From Candidatus Doudnabacteria bacterium RIFCSPHIGHO2_02_FULL_42_25 (GTDB lineage Bacteria; Patescibacteriota; Doudnabacteria; UBA920; O2-02-FULL-48-8): 64,000 nt of DNA. Each line of letters begins with the position of its first letter. Position 1 is the stretch's first letter. Made by a program: the position numbers and the translations under genes. Below, piece after piece: positions 9,848 through 19,763 of this stretch. The notes beneath the pieces are model-generated. The model saw nothing but the letters and a program-made list of their open reading frames with translations, was not told where the DNA came from and made no database searches. Where the stretch lies: NCBI GenBank assembly GCA_001777665.1, contig MFEQ01000003.1, positions 11,258 to 75,257 on the forward strand, given 5' to 3'.

Positions 9848-10552
9848 ATGATGGATATTAGAGAGTTCGCGAAACGGCACGGGATTTCAGTCATCGTTCG
9901 TCGTCACTTCGGGTACCGCAAGCCGGTCACAGACGCTCAGCTCACCCCACCGGTTCGCGCAGCACTGACCTACTCGCGCAATCTCGACGATCGAAAGCTT
10001 GGTCTGTTGTCCTCTGAAGTTGTGAAGGCGATGGATCAGGGTCGTCTGCTCGTCGCCATGGGGATCACTCCGCGTCTCGTCATCGTCGGTGACAACCAGC
10101 GCAATTGGGATGGCGGTCGTTCCACAGCGGAAGCGATCACCGATCTCACCGGCCTCACGGTCGACGTCTGGACCTCGCCTGCCGTCACCTACCCCCACTA
10201 CGCGAACTACGAGCAGAGCCTCGTCGAGTTCGGTGGGCCTGACAAGGGTGACTTTTCGCCCCACCGGTACCTCGCAGGCAAGACAGCCGGATCATTCTGG
10301 TCCGAGCCACCGCACGTCTTCGCCGATCGGGTCTCCCAGTCGGTACTCGCCGATTACGGTGTCGAACCCGTGCTCTTCGATCTCAACTTCGAGCAGGTGA
10401 CACTGTGCTACTACAAGCACGTCAAGAAGTTGATGCTCGAGCAGATCCCGACCGAGGGCGCTTGGATCCCCACCATGGGTGGCGGGATCGTGTACTCCAG
10501 CGATCGCCAGATCGCGATGGAGTTCCGACCCGACCTCACCATCAACGAATAG
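9848..10552 (+). CDS. GC-rich hypothetical protein, possibly a degenerate histidine-phosphatase fold
   Basis: VIVRRHFG resembles an N-terminal RHG strand; strong SD (AAGGAGG). Confidence 0.5.
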   Translation: MMDIREFAKRHGISVIVRRHFGYRKPVTDAQLTPPVRAALTYSRNLDDRKLGLLSSEVVKAMDQGRLLVAMGITPRLVIVGDNQRNWDGGRSTAEAITDLTGLTVDVWTSPAVTYPHYANYEQSLVEFGGPDKGDFSPHRYLAGKTAGSFWSEPPHVFADRVSQSVLADYGVEPVLFDLNFEQVTLCYYKHVKKLMLEQIPTEGAWIPTMGGGIVYSSDRQIAMEFRPDLTINE

Positions 10553-10662
10553 TCGCTCCCCGCGACTCCCACCTTCAGGGAACGATTGAGACGCCAGTCT
10601 CTTCGTTCCCTCCCTTCCCTGAATTTGGTAATTAATACTAATTTGAGTGAAGGAGAATAAAT

Positions 10663-10992
10663 ATGAATAAATTAATGTTAAAAGGGTTACCAGCATCAAA
10701 TGGAATCATTGAAGGAATTGCAAAAGTTTTTTTACCTGGAGATGACGCAAAAGAATTTCCTCAAGATGCAATCATGGTCACCACTCTAACAGATCCAACT
10801 ATGGTTATGGCTATGATGAAAGCATCTGCTATTGTCACTGATATGGGCGGGATTACGTCTCATCCCGCGATTTTAAGCCGTGAAATGGGGATTCCCTGTA
10901 TTGTTAATACTAAATTAGGTACAAAGCTAATCAAAGATGGTCAGAGAATTAAAGTCGATGCGATCACAGGAGAAATATATGACTTGGATTAA
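10663..10992 (+). CDS. Stand-alone PEP-utilising enzyme mobile (phospho-His swivel) domain
   Basis: AIVTDMGGITSHPAILSREMGIPCIV. Confidence 0.9.
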   Translation: MNKLMLKGLPASNGIIEGIAKVFLPGDDAKEFPQDAIMVTTLTDPTMVMAMMKASAIVTDMGGITSHPAILSREMGIPCIVNTKLGTKLIKDGQRIKVDAITGEIYDLD

Positions 10993-12049
10993 AGATTTTG
11001 CCAAAGCTTCTTATGGAATTTATGCGGGGAATACAATTGATGCATTCCAGCCATTAGATTTTTTCCATTTTTTTGGACTTTGGTATGATCTCTGGCTAAT
11101 CGAGGTTTTAAAAGCCTTCGATAAGTTAGATGTCGATAAAAAACACTATAAAGACTTAAAGCACTTGTTACCAATGCCTTCGAACATGAGAGCTATTTTA
11201 ATTAAAGCTATTCCTTCATATGTTGGGGCAGGCAAAAAGAACAAAGAAGTATATCGGAGATTTACTAATTTCAAAGCTAGAATGTTGCAAGAAGCATGTA
11301 TCGAAGATCCCTTCGGGAAATATAGCACTCCGCTTCATAGACGTGAGGAAGTAGAACAAATTATGAAAACAATCCTGTGGAGAACAGCTACGGAGTCAGA
11401 TGCCCGGGTATTAGGAAAGTTAATCACGGCTGCGGCATCGATCGTACATGGTTTATACAACGACGTGGTTACGGATTTTGGCTGGGACGCATATGGTCCT
11501 TATCATAAACATAGGGCTGGTAAAAATTTAACTTTATTGATTCGCGATTTCCCTGATTTGCAACCACACCCATTATGGCCCAAAGAATTGATGCCTGAAA
11601 TAAAAAAGTTTCAGATCTACCAGCTTTTCGAAAAAGTAGAATGGGAAATAAGTTGTGTCGGCTGTCATACGATTTTGAAAAGTGGCAATCCGATTTCTGG
11701 ATTGAGATACTTTGCAGTAATTGCTGATGGGAAACCTTTAACATTAGAAGAAATTAAAAAATTAACTTTTCATTTAGCTACAAAGGCCGAGAGCTTATAT
11801 AAAGAAATTAGAAAGAAAGACTTTGAAGAATTGAAACTAATGGTTATGTGGCAAGAATGTTATCAGTTAAAAGCTTTATTAGAAGCAGCAGGAATGGATT
11901 GGAGACCTACTGCAGAAATGTTGGATGCAATCAAAAATCAGCCTCTACAGACAGGTGTTCTGCCACACGGTGTCATGATGACGAGCCTCGATCAATACAT
12001 GAAAGAATTTCACTTGGAAACATTTGAAAAAGAAGTTCTTAAGAATTAA
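10979..12049 (+). CDS. Hypothetical protein coupled to the swivel-domain gene
   Basis: Long ORF overlapping the upstream stop; start 10979 assumed. Confidence 0.75.
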   Translation: MTWIKDFAKASYGIYAGNTIDAFQPLDFFHFFGLWYDLWLIEVLKAFDKLDVDKKHYKDLKHLLPMPSNMRAILIKAIPSYVGAGKKNKEVYRRFTNFKARMLQEACIEDPFGKYSTPLHRREEVEQIMKTILWRTATESDARVLGKLITAAASIVHGLYNDVVTDFGWDAYGPYHKHRAGKNLTLLIRDFPDLQPHPLWPKELMPEIKKFQIYQLFEKVEWEISCVGCHTILKSGNPISGLRYFAVIADGKPLTLEEIKKLTFHLATKAESLYKEIRKKDFEELKLMVMWQECYQLKALLEAAGMDWRPTAEMLDAIKNQPLQTGVLPHGVMMTSLDQYMKEFHLETFEKEVLKN

Positions 12050-12076
12050 AAAAACTGCCCATGGGGCAGTTTTTTG
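12048..12076. terminator. Bidirectional intrinsic terminator
   Basis: A-run, CTGCCC-AT-GGGGCAG hairpin and T-run between convergent genes. Confidence 0.8.
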
Positions 12077-12080
12077 TGAG

Positions 12081-14543
12081 CTATATCAATGTTGTAGTTG
12101 CGACTTTGTCGCCGGCATCCAGGGTCATGACCCTGACACCTTGGGTCGCACGTCCCAGGGTCGAGATTTTACCTACTGGGGTACGGAGAGTTTGCCCTAG
12201 TTTCGAGATCACCACTAAGTCATGGTCTTCGGCTTTGTTGATTACGTGGAGAGAGACGATGCGTCCAGTCTTAGGGGTGACTTTCAAAGTTTTGATTCCC
12301 GATCCCCCACGATGTTGGATTTTGTAGAATTTCAAATCAGTTTTCTTACCCAGTCCGTTTTCAGTCACAACCAAGATTTGGAGATTATCGATATTATCTT
12401 TTTCTGAAATCAAATCCATACTCATGAGATGATCATCTTTCTTGAGTCGCATACCTTTGACTCCAGCAGCAGTACGACCCATGGGTCTGACATCTTTTTC
12501 GTTAAAGCGGATAGCTTGGCCATTGGACGTGGATAGGATGACGTTATCAGCACCACCCGAGCGTTTGACCCACTTTAATTCATCTCCTGGTTTAATCTTA
12601 ATCGCGATCAATCCGGAGCGTCTAACTTTTGCAAATTCTTCGATCGGGGTTTTCTTAATCAAACCCTGCTTGGTTGCGAGCATTAAATATTTGGCTGAAG
12701 TTTTTTTGGATATCGTCAGAATTGATGAGACAGTTTCGTCATTGGGGAGTTCCAAGAAGTTAACCAAAGCCTGGCCCCGGGCAGTTCTTGAGCCTTCTGG
12801 TAATTCATAAACTTTAGTTTGGAACACGCGTCCTTTCGTAGTAAAGAATAGGATATCATCATGAGTATTGGTTGTGTTGAGCCATTCCACGACATCTTCT
12901 TCTTTAGTAGTCATGCCGATCACGCCCTTCCCACCACGGCCTTGTGTTTTGTAAGTTTCAGGCGGCAGACGTTTTACATACCCAGATTTGGTGATGATAA
13001 CCATGGCCTGTTCTTCAGGGATCAGATCTTCCACTTTGAATTCACCTATTGGCTGCTTGACCAAAGTTGTTTTGCGAGGATTGCCGTATTTATCTTTCAA
13101 TTCTGTAAGTTCAGTTTTAACTACTCCACGCATTTTCTTTTCGCTTTTGAGCAAGTCTTCCAATTCTTCGATCAACGCATATTTTTCTTTCAACTCATCA
13201 TTGATTTTTTTGCGTTCCAGTCCAGCCAATGCTCGAAGTTGCATTTGTAAAATAGCTGAAGCTTGTTTATCCGATAATTTAAATTTGCTCATCAAAGCCG
13301 CATGAGCTTCTTCTGTAGTCTCCGATTTTTTGATTGTCGCGATTATCGCATCAATATGATCGAGGGCTTTTTTTAAACCTTCCAAAATATGAGCACGATC
13401 TTTGGCTTTGTTCAGATCAAAAACCGTTCTGCGTTTGATGATTTCCAGTCGGTGCTTGATGTAGTATTCAAGAATATTTTTCAGATTCAGGACCTGTGGT
13501 TCGATGCCATCCACTAGTGCCAACATGTTGACGTGGAAGGTTTCCTGGAGAGAAGAAAATTTGAAAAGCTGGTTTAAGATTTTATTGGGCAATCCTTCTT
13601 TTTTCAGTTCTATCACTACGCGCACCCCATCTTTGTCAGATTCATCGCGAATATCTTTGATTCCTTCCACGCGTTTATCTTTGACTAATTCTGCGAATTG
13701 TTCAAGGAGGGATGCTTTGTTGACCTGATACGGAATTTCATTGATGATAATTTTATGCATACCCTTCTCTTCGATGATTTCCGTGCGGGCGCGCATAACC
13801 ACTGGACCTTTGCCAGTGGCATACATTTGTTTGATCGTGTTCCAGTCGTAAATATATCCACCAGTTGGAAAATCCGGTCCTTTTACAAATTCTAATAAAT
13901 CTTCAGTGGTTGAAGTCGGTTCATCTATTAATTTAATCGTGGCGTCGACAACTTCCCCCAAATTATGCGGTGGAATATTGGTGGCCATACCTACCGCAAT
14001 GCCGAGTGTTCCGTTGAGTAAAAGTTGGGGTGCTTTTGCTGGTAAAACTTTCGGTTCTTTCTTGGTGGCATCGTAGTTGTCCATCCAGTCCACAGTTTCT
14101 TTATCGAGGTCAGCGAGCATTTCTTCAGCCAAAGCCATCATGCGAGCTTCGGTATAACGCATGGCAGCTGGAGCATCGCCGTCCATGGATCCGAAGTTGC
14201 CTTGGCCATCCACTAACGGATACCGCATAGCGAATTCTTGGGCCAATCTGACCATGGAATCATAAACAGCGGCATCACCGTGAGGGTGATATTTGGCCAA
14301 CACTTCTCCGACGACAGCGGCGGATTTACGGAATTTGACGTTTGAGCGCAGTCCCAATTCAGACATCGCATATAGAATCCGACGATGGACTGGTTTTAGC
14401 CCATCGCGGACATCAGGAAGAGCCCTGGCCACAATTACGCTCATCGCGTAGTCGAGGTAGGATTCTTCCATCTCCCGCTCGATTGGACGGAGATTGATTT
14501 TCCCTATAGTGCTAGATTCTTTTGTTGGTTCTTGGTTGGCCAT
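12081..14543 (-). CDS. gyrA: DNA gyrase subunit A
   Basis: [29 protein letters not shown], GyrA box QGRGGKG. Confidence 0.97.
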   Translation of the reverse strand: MANQEPTKESSTIGKINLRPIEREMEESYLDYAMSVIVARALPDVRDGLKPVHRRILYAMSELGLRSNVKFRKSAAVVGEVLAKYHPHGDAAVYDSMVRLAQEFAMRYPLVDGQGNFGSMDGDAPAAMRYTEARMMALAEEMLADLDKETVDWMDNYDATKKEPKVLPAKAPQLLLNGTLGIAVGMATNIPPHNLGEVVDATIKLIDEPTSTTEDLLEFVKGPDFPTGGYIYDWNTIKQMYATGKGPVVMRARTEIIEEKGMHKIIINEIPYQVNKASLLEQFAELVKDKRVEGIKDIRDESDKDGVRVVIELKKEGLPNKILNQLFKFSSLQETFHVNMLALVDGIEPQVLNLKNILEYYIKHRLEIIKRRTVFDLNKAKDRAHILEGLKKALDHIDAIIATIKKSETTEEAHAALMSKFKLSDKQASAILQMQLRALAGLERKKINDELKEKYALIEELEDLLKSEKKMRGVVKTELTELKDKYGNPRKTTLVKQPIGEFKVEDLIPEEQAMVIITKSGYVKRLPPETYKTQGRGGKGVIGMTTKEEDVVEWLNTTNTHDDILFFTTKGRVFQTKVYELPEGSRTARGQALVNFLELPNDETVSSILTISKKTSAKYLMLATKQGLIKKTPIEEFAKVRRSGLIAIKIKPGDELKWVKRSGGADNVILSTSNGQAIRFNEKDVRPMGRTAAGVKGMRLKKDDHLMSMDLISEKDNIDNLQILVVTENGLGKKTDLKFYKIQHRGGSGIKTLKVTPKTGRIVSLHVINKAEDHDLVVISKLGQTLRTPVGKISTLGRATQGVRVMTLDAGDKVATTTLI

Positions 14544-14636
14544 AGTTATTATCTACGAACTTACGAAACTTTTACGAAATTACGAAGTGGACTAACCCTT
14601 TTGTATTTTCGTAGTTCTTTCGTACTTTCGTAGCCG

Positions 14637-15191
14637 TCAGTTTCTGACATTGGCTGGATTATTTAATTCTTCTAGATTCAGATCAAGGGTTTGTTGAAAT
14701 ATATTTGACGCGTCGTTTTCTAGTGACATATTACTTAAAATAAGTTGCGCAGTTTTGGCATTGGTCGGCTCAAAGTAGAGGATGCCGAAATTTTGCGTCT
14801 TGGAGAGGATTTTTTGGACAAATGGTTTGCCTTGGCGATCGGTGATTTGTTGAGCTGTGATTATTTTATCATTAATCACCAAACTGATATCAGATATTTT
14901 TGAAACATTTAGAATGTCATTAGTATTGTTATTCAGATTAAAATAAACCTTGAGTCCATTTTCGCCCTGTTCGACTCTTTCAACTTTTGCAAATTCTTGC
15001 GGGCTATTCGGCAGGGTGGTTTTGGAATTATTAAGCTCAATTAAATTTTCACCGCTACTGTTCTCTACTGTATTGCGAATGCTTTGAGTAAATAAAATAA
15101 TCAGCCCAATCGCTGCGATAGCCGATGCAACCCAAAGAATTTTTACCCGGGTATTATAAGGAAGTTTTTGGAGTCGATCTAAGGGAATCAT
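14637..15191 (-). CDS. Membrane-anchored hypothetical protein
   Basis: Single N-terminal TM helix; same-strand run with gyrA. Confidence 0.75.
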   Translation of the reverse strand: MIPLDRLQKLPYNTRVKILWVASAIAAIGLIILFTQSIRNTVENSSGENLIELNNSKTTLPNSPQEFAKVERVEQGENGLKVYFNLNNNTNDILNVSKISDISLVINDKIITAQQITDRQGKPFVQKILSKTQNFGILYFEPTNAKTAQLILSNMSLENDASNIFQQTLDLNLEELNNPANVRN

Positions 15192-15802
15192 CGTTGTGGG
15201 GTCAGAATAATTAATTGCGTTTGCTCCCCGACCAATTCTTTCTTCTTCAGAGTTAGTTTGTCCATTTCTTGGTGTTTTCCGCCCATTTCCTGTAAAAACT
15301 TATCTAATTTATCTAAATTCAAACTTACCCCAGGAATTTTGTAACTATGCGGGATAACGACAAATGGTTCTAGTTTGGTTGCTACTTTCGCTGCTGTCTC
15401 AAAATCCATAACATCTTTTCCACCAACAGGTACTAAAATAATATCTGCTCCCTCCAGGCTTTCTTTTTGGTCATCAGTGAGCTCGGTTTGTTTGATCTGA
15501 CCTAAGAAAGCGATCCGGATCCCCTCAACCTCAATACTATAGATCGTCCCACCTTTTCCTGGGGCACCAATAATAAAGGCACCTTTAATATCATACTCAC
15601 CAGGCCCAGTGATGATAAAAGGAGTTCCTGTAATTGAAGAAAAATTATTCGCAATTTCTAAGCTGGGATTAGAAGAAATAACGATATCAGCCCCACCCCG
15701 AACTGGCGACAAACCAGAGCCACTCCCAAATGGATCAGTGATAATAGTTAGATCTTTGCCGATGATTTTGAAACTTGATAGCCCGTACCAGGATATGGTC
15801 AT
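15188..15802 (-). CDS. Metallo-beta-lactamase-fold protein (metal ligands degenerate)
   Basis: ISWYGLSSFKI..IITDPF, GPGEYDIKG, DIILVPVGG, VVIPHSY. Confidence 0.8.
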   Translation of the reverse strand: MTISWYGLSSFKIIGKDLTIITDPFGSGSGLSPVRGGADIVISSNPSLEIANNFSSITGTPFIITGPGEYDIKGAFIIGAPGKGGTIYSIEVEGIRIAFLGQIKQTELTDDQKESLEGADIILVPVGGKDVMDFETAAKVATKLEPFVVIPHSYKIPGVSLNLDKLDKFLQEMGGKHQEMDKLTLKKKELVGEQTQLIILTPQR

Positions 15803-16033
15803 AAAATAGCCTTATTTTCAACAAAAAATGCTGCTATAAAGCGCATCTTTCTGCCTCTATATTTTACCATTTTTCGGTCTTGATTTCAATGCTGTTTTGG
15901 AGTATAATGCCTCAAGCGTAAGACCTGCCTGCCGGCAGGCAGGAAGGGGTTTAGTCAATCGCAGCGCCTGCCTCGCCTTGAGGTAGGGCTCGTCTGAGTC
16001 AAGGCGGGCCGAATTGCTAAACACTAGAAAATC

Positions 16034-17164
16034 ATGACAACTGCTACTGCCTCAGTAAAGACTATGCAAGACTTGCTGGCTTTAGAAGGAGTAGAAATAA
16101 AGGTGCCGAAAGTTGACGACGTATTAGAAGGTCGTGTTTTGTCAGTTGGTAAAAACGAAGTTTACATCGACATCGAAGGTTATGGACTTGGAGTAGTCCG
16201 GGGACGAGAGCTTTATGACGAATCAGTTCGATTAAGCAGTCTCAAAATTGGTGACCCAGTGGTGGCTTCGGTCGTTGAACCTGAAAACAAAGAAGGCAAC
16301 ATCGAGCTTTCTTTCCGCCAAGCTGGCCAAGAACGTGTCTGGCAAACTTTGATTGGTCGCATGCAAACTCGCGAAGTGATCAAAACCAAGATTATGGAAG
16401 CGAATAAGGGCGGTTTGATCGTGGAAGTTAACGGAGTAATTGGCTTTTTACCAGTTTCCCAGCTATCTTCTGAACATTACCCTCGCGTTGAAGAAGGCGA
16501 TAAAACCAAGATTTTGGAAGTACTGAAGAGCTATGTCGGTAACCAATTTGATGTCCAAATCATTACAGCTGATCCTCGCGATGAGAAACTAATCGTTTCG
16601 GAAAAAGCTGTAGGTGAAGACGAGCTCCGTGGTAAAATCTCCAAATTGACCATCGGTATGAATGTCGAAGGCGAAGTCTCCGGTATTGTCGATTTCGGAA
16701 TTTTCTTGAAGTTTGGACAGGGGTTAGAAGGATTGGTCCACATTTCCGAATTGGCTTGGAGCCGCATCGAGCATCCAAAAGATCTATATAAAGTTGGTCA
16801 GAAAGTTCAAGCTCAAGTAATTTCTATCGACAAAGATCGCATTTCTCTCTCCATCAAACGATTGCAACCTGATCCTTGGGTAGAATCAATCAAGAAATAC
16901 CAAGTCGGTCAAATCGTCAAAGGTAAAGTTAGTAAAGTTATGCCATTTGGTGCATTCGTAGAATTGGACCCAGAAATTTTTGGGTTAGTCCACTCTGTTG
17001 AATTATCAAATGAAGAAGTCAAAGACACGAATGATATTCTAAAAGTTGGTGAAGAACGAGAATTTAAAATCATCTCGATCGAACCTCAAGAACATCGTTT
17101 GGGACTTTCTCTCCGTGCCGTAACAAATCCAGTACCTCCAGCTGAACCAGAAAAGCAATCATAA
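16034..17164 (+). CDS. rpsA: Ribosomal protein S1 (four S1 domains)
   Basis: Repeated S1 motifs (GFLPVSQLS, GLVHISELAW, GLVHSVELS). Confidence 0.88.
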   Translation: MTTATASVKTMQDLLALEGVEIKVPKVDDVLEGRVLSVGKNEVYIDIEGYGLGVVRGRELYDESVRLSSLKIGDPVVASVVEPENKEGNIELSFRQAGQERVWQTLIGRMQTREVIKTKIMEANKGGLIVEVNGVIGFLPVSQLSSEHYPRVEEGDKTKILEVLKSYVGNQFDVQIITADPRDEKLIVSEKAVGEDELRGKISKLTIGMNVEGEVSGIVDFGIFLKFGQGLEGLVHISELAWSRIEHPKDLYKVGQKVQAQVISIDKDRISLSIKRLQPDPWVESIKKYQVGQIVKGKVSKVMPFGAFVELDPEIFGLVHSVELSNEEVKDTNDILKVGEEREFKIISIEPQEHRLGLSLRAVTNPVPPAEPEKQS

Positions 17165-17198
17165 CAAAAAACCGTCCCGATAAATCGGGACGGTTTTT
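17165..17198. terminator. Bidirectional intrinsic terminator
   Basis: AAAAACCGTCCCGAT-AA-ATCGGGACGGTTTTT. Confidence 0.85.
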
Positions 17199-17884
17199 TA
17201 AATACTTTTTTCGATATTGTTCAGATCGTCGTAGATGACTTGGACGTTGTAGAGCCAGTGTGCTTTTGCTGGCTGTTTATATAATCCATTCATCTGCTTA
17301 AATGTCATTTGTGCATACTTCACATTTGAGCGTAGTGGATAATTTTCTAAAAATTTATTCATTTCCATAATTCCATCACCGAGGTTATTACCCATATCCC
17401 AAAGATTGGATCCACCAACGCCCCAGCAATTTGCCAGACTCACCGGATATTTGCGACACATACTACTTTCAGCATTAGCTAGCGCGACTATTCGTTTCCA
17501 ATTCGGCATAGTGATCAGAATATCAGTGTGCTCAGCAAGCGGAGATTTTTTAGTTTCCAAATAATTTTTTACTTTGATTCGTAAATGCCCCTGGCGGACT
17601 GCTTGCTTGCGAACTTCTTCGTTGTTTTGTTTGCCGCGAAGAACGTAATTAATGGAATCAATAATATCTTGGTAAGCTTTATCATTCTCATCAAAAACTA
17701 AAATTGGCTCTTTCGAAGTTGGAGCTTTAATTGTCCACGCATGCGATTGATGCGGGATTAAATTCAAGAGTAATGCAAACAAAAACAACTGCAAGAAAAA
17801 TTTTTGTTTTGGTTTCATCGTGGCAAAACTTGCTTTGATTTGCGGGATACCGTTAGTTAAAGTAAGTTTTCGAACTATATCCAT
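17198..17884 (-). CDS. Exported lysozyme-like-fold protein
   Basis: TM/signal segment; IVALANAESS..NCWG catalytic-Glu-like motif; start 17884 lies just after a TTGACA/TATAAT promoter. Confidence 0.6.
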   Translation of the reverse strand: MDIVRKLTLTNGIPQIKASFATMKPKQKFFLQLFLFALLLNLIPHQSHAWTIKAPTSKEPILVFDENDKAYQDIIDSINYVLRGKQNNEEVRKQAVRQGHLRIKVKNYLETKKSPLAEHTDILITMPNWKRIVALANAESSMCRKYPVSLANCWGVGGSNLWDMGNNLGDGIMEMNKFLENYPLRSNVKYAQMTFKQMNGLYKQPAKAHWLYNVQVIYDDLNNIEKSI

Positions 17885-17951
17885 CGTATGTATTATTATA
17901 GCAAAAATTGCGCAAAATGTCAATAATACGCTATAATATTTGCTGCAACGA

Positions 17952-18025
17952 GGCGTGATGTCCGAGCAGTTAGGAAGCGGTCTGCAAAACCGCGTAGACG
18001 GGTGCAACTCCCGTTCACGCCTCCA
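17952..18025 (+). tRNA. tRNA-Cys(GCA)
   Basis: GCGGT-CTGCAAA-ACCGC anticodon arm; CCA end. Confidence 0.95.
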
Positions 18026-18164
18026 CGAGTCAATTAACCCTTAGGCCTACGCGTATCCGACTAGTCGTCGAATTCGCTCCGGCCTTCGGGATTAATGCCT
18101 CTTTCAAATAAAAATTTCTTGGAGAATGCTTCTGGTTAAATTTTTATTTGTTTTTAACTCAAAT

Positions 18165-18251
18165 GCCCTGGTGGTGGAACTGGCATACACGCAGCACTTA
18201 AAATGCTGTGGCCGAAAGGCCTTGAGGGTTCGAGTCCCTCCCTGGGCACCA
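18165..18251 (+). tRNA. tRNA-Leu(TAA)
   Basis: CAGCA-CTTAAAA-TGCTG, long variable arm, CCA. Confidence 0.95.
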
Positions 18252-18306
18252 AATTCATGGAAATAATTTTAAAAGCCCCGCTTAGTAGCGGGGCTTTATG
18301 TTTTGT

Positions 18307-18936
18307 TTAATTGATTAAAGGTTCAACTGGAGCTGTTTCTGCAATTATTTTTGCAGAAGCTAAGACTGCTGGCAAATGTTTTAGGTAAGCTCCTTTAGTA
18401 TAAGCATACCAAGGTTGGAATCCACGTCGAGAATACATTTCTAACGCGACATCCAAGTTATACTTACAATCCTGTAACTGTTCGAATGTGTGCCATGGAT
18501 TTCCTGGTCTCCAGTTAATCTGGGCCAATCCGATGTCGACTGAACCGTTGCGGTTCAATCCACGATTATCTCTGGTACATTCATGAGTACCATTTTCTGC
18601 CTTGAGGACGGCAATAAAGATATTACATTTATTGATGTCGCCAATTTTTGGACAGATATATGCTCGAATTTCTGGTTCGTGCATATAGACTCGAGCGTCA
18701 CCTACTGTTTTTGGAGGTAAAGCATATTTAGATGCTGACTTTGCAACTGGTGTCGGGGTCACAACTGGTTCAGGTTTTGGTTCAGTCTTTTTTCCTTCGA
18801 GAATTTTAGTTAAATCAGAAATTTTTATTTCAAAGACAAGGGTTGTTTTGTTTTCGGTAGCAGCTGACACATGAATTGGGAACACCATAGTGCTCACGAC
18901 CATGATCAGCATTACCCAGACAAAACGTCTAGTCAT
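18307..18936 (-). CDS. Secreted lytic transglycosylase/lysozyme-like protein
   Basis: Signal peptide; AVLKAENG, DIGLAQIN, NLDVA, GFQPW. Confidence 0.75.
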   Translation of the reverse strand: MTRRFVWVMLIMVVSTMVFPIHVSAATENKTTLVFEIKISDLTKILEGKKTEPKPEPVVTPTPVAKSASKYALPPKTVGDARVYMHEPEIRAYICPKIGDINKCNIFIAVLKAENGTHECTRDNRGLNRNGSVDIGLAQINWRPGNPWHTFEQLQDCKYNLDVALEMYSRRGFQPWYAYTKGAYLKHLPAVLASAKIIAETAPVEPLIN

Positions 18937-19212
18937 TGAATAATGCTTTCTTAGCTTTGGTTATTCATAGCTCCTGGCTACGGATAAACAAAGTTGGTTA
19001 GACCTTATAATTTATAAAGAGCTTGATTTTGTTTGCGTAACCCTGCAAATATGGGCTTTTTGACAACATTAGGCTTTTATGGCGTAATGTTGCCTGCCCC
19101 GCCCTGTCCGGAGACAGGGTCGGGTACGCAACTATCAATCTTAGCATAAAACGCCAGCTTTGTCAAGGCTTGATCATTGCCCCATATTTGGGCTATAATC
19201 AACCAGTTGTAT

Positions 19213-19299
19213 GCGCGGGTGCTGTAACTGGTAGCCAGGCTGCCTTGAGGTGGCAGTGCTCTTACGAGCGTGGAGGTTCGAGTCCTCTCCCGCGCACCA
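19213..19299 (+). tRNA. tRNA-Leu(GAG)
   Basis: CTGCC-TTGAGGT-GGCAG; variable arm; CCA. Confidence 0.95.
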
Positions 19300-19300
19300 C

Positions 19301-19377
19301 GGACGGTTAGCTCAGCTGGTTAGAGCGCCTCGTTTACACCGAGGAGGTCGCAGGTTCGAATCCTGCACCGTCCACCA
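19301..19377 (+). tRNA. tRNA-Val(TAC)
   Basis: CCTCG-TTTACAC-CGAGG; CCA. Confidence 0.96.
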
Positions 19378-19403
19378 GAAGAATTTGGTATAATGTACAT
19401 CAC

Positions 19404-19690
19404 GCCGCGGTAGCTCAGCGGTAGAGCGCAGCCCTAAATATCTTTGGGGCCAGAATCAGTAATGGTTCTTGAGAAAAATTGGGTGAATTCGGGGGAACCC
19501 CAGTCATGCTGGACAATCCCGAGCCAAGCCAGAAAGGGCAATGGTTTTCTGGAAGGTGTAGAGACTAGCAAGTGAGTCCCAACAATAATCTTGCAAACAG
19601 CGCCCAACTCCTTTAGTAAGGATGATGATATAGTCCACATAGCTTCGGAAGAGGCTGGCGTCGGGTGTTCGACTCACCCCCGCGGCACCA
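19404..19690 (+). tRNA. tRNA-Phe(GAA) interrupted by an intron (exons 19404-19435 and 19648-19690)
   Basis: Joined exons give CAGCC-CT^GAAGA-GGCTG and a GCCGCGG/CCGCGGC acceptor stem with ACCA. Confidence 0.9.
19436..19647 (+). ncRNA. Group I self-splicing intron (212 nt)
   Basis: P1 with U.G pair at the exon end; P3 TTGGGTG/CGCCCAA; GAATTCGGGGGAA, AATCCCGAGCC, GTAGAGACTA and GATATAGTCC cores; terminal G; P10 TCTTT/GAAGA. Confidence 0.9.
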
Positions 19691-19763
19691 GAAATATTTG
19701 ATGTTCTTTAAAAACCGAACCCTTAATGGTATAATAGACAGGTAAATAACTATAGTTTTAATT

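Noticed and set aside
17885-18007. N-terminal extension of ORF 17198-18007
   Set aside because: Overlaps tRNA-Cys and the promoter; start reassigned to 17884
19434-19640. Intron-encoded ORF (68 aa, minus strand)
   Set aside because: Antisense to the conserved intron core and has no endonuclease motif
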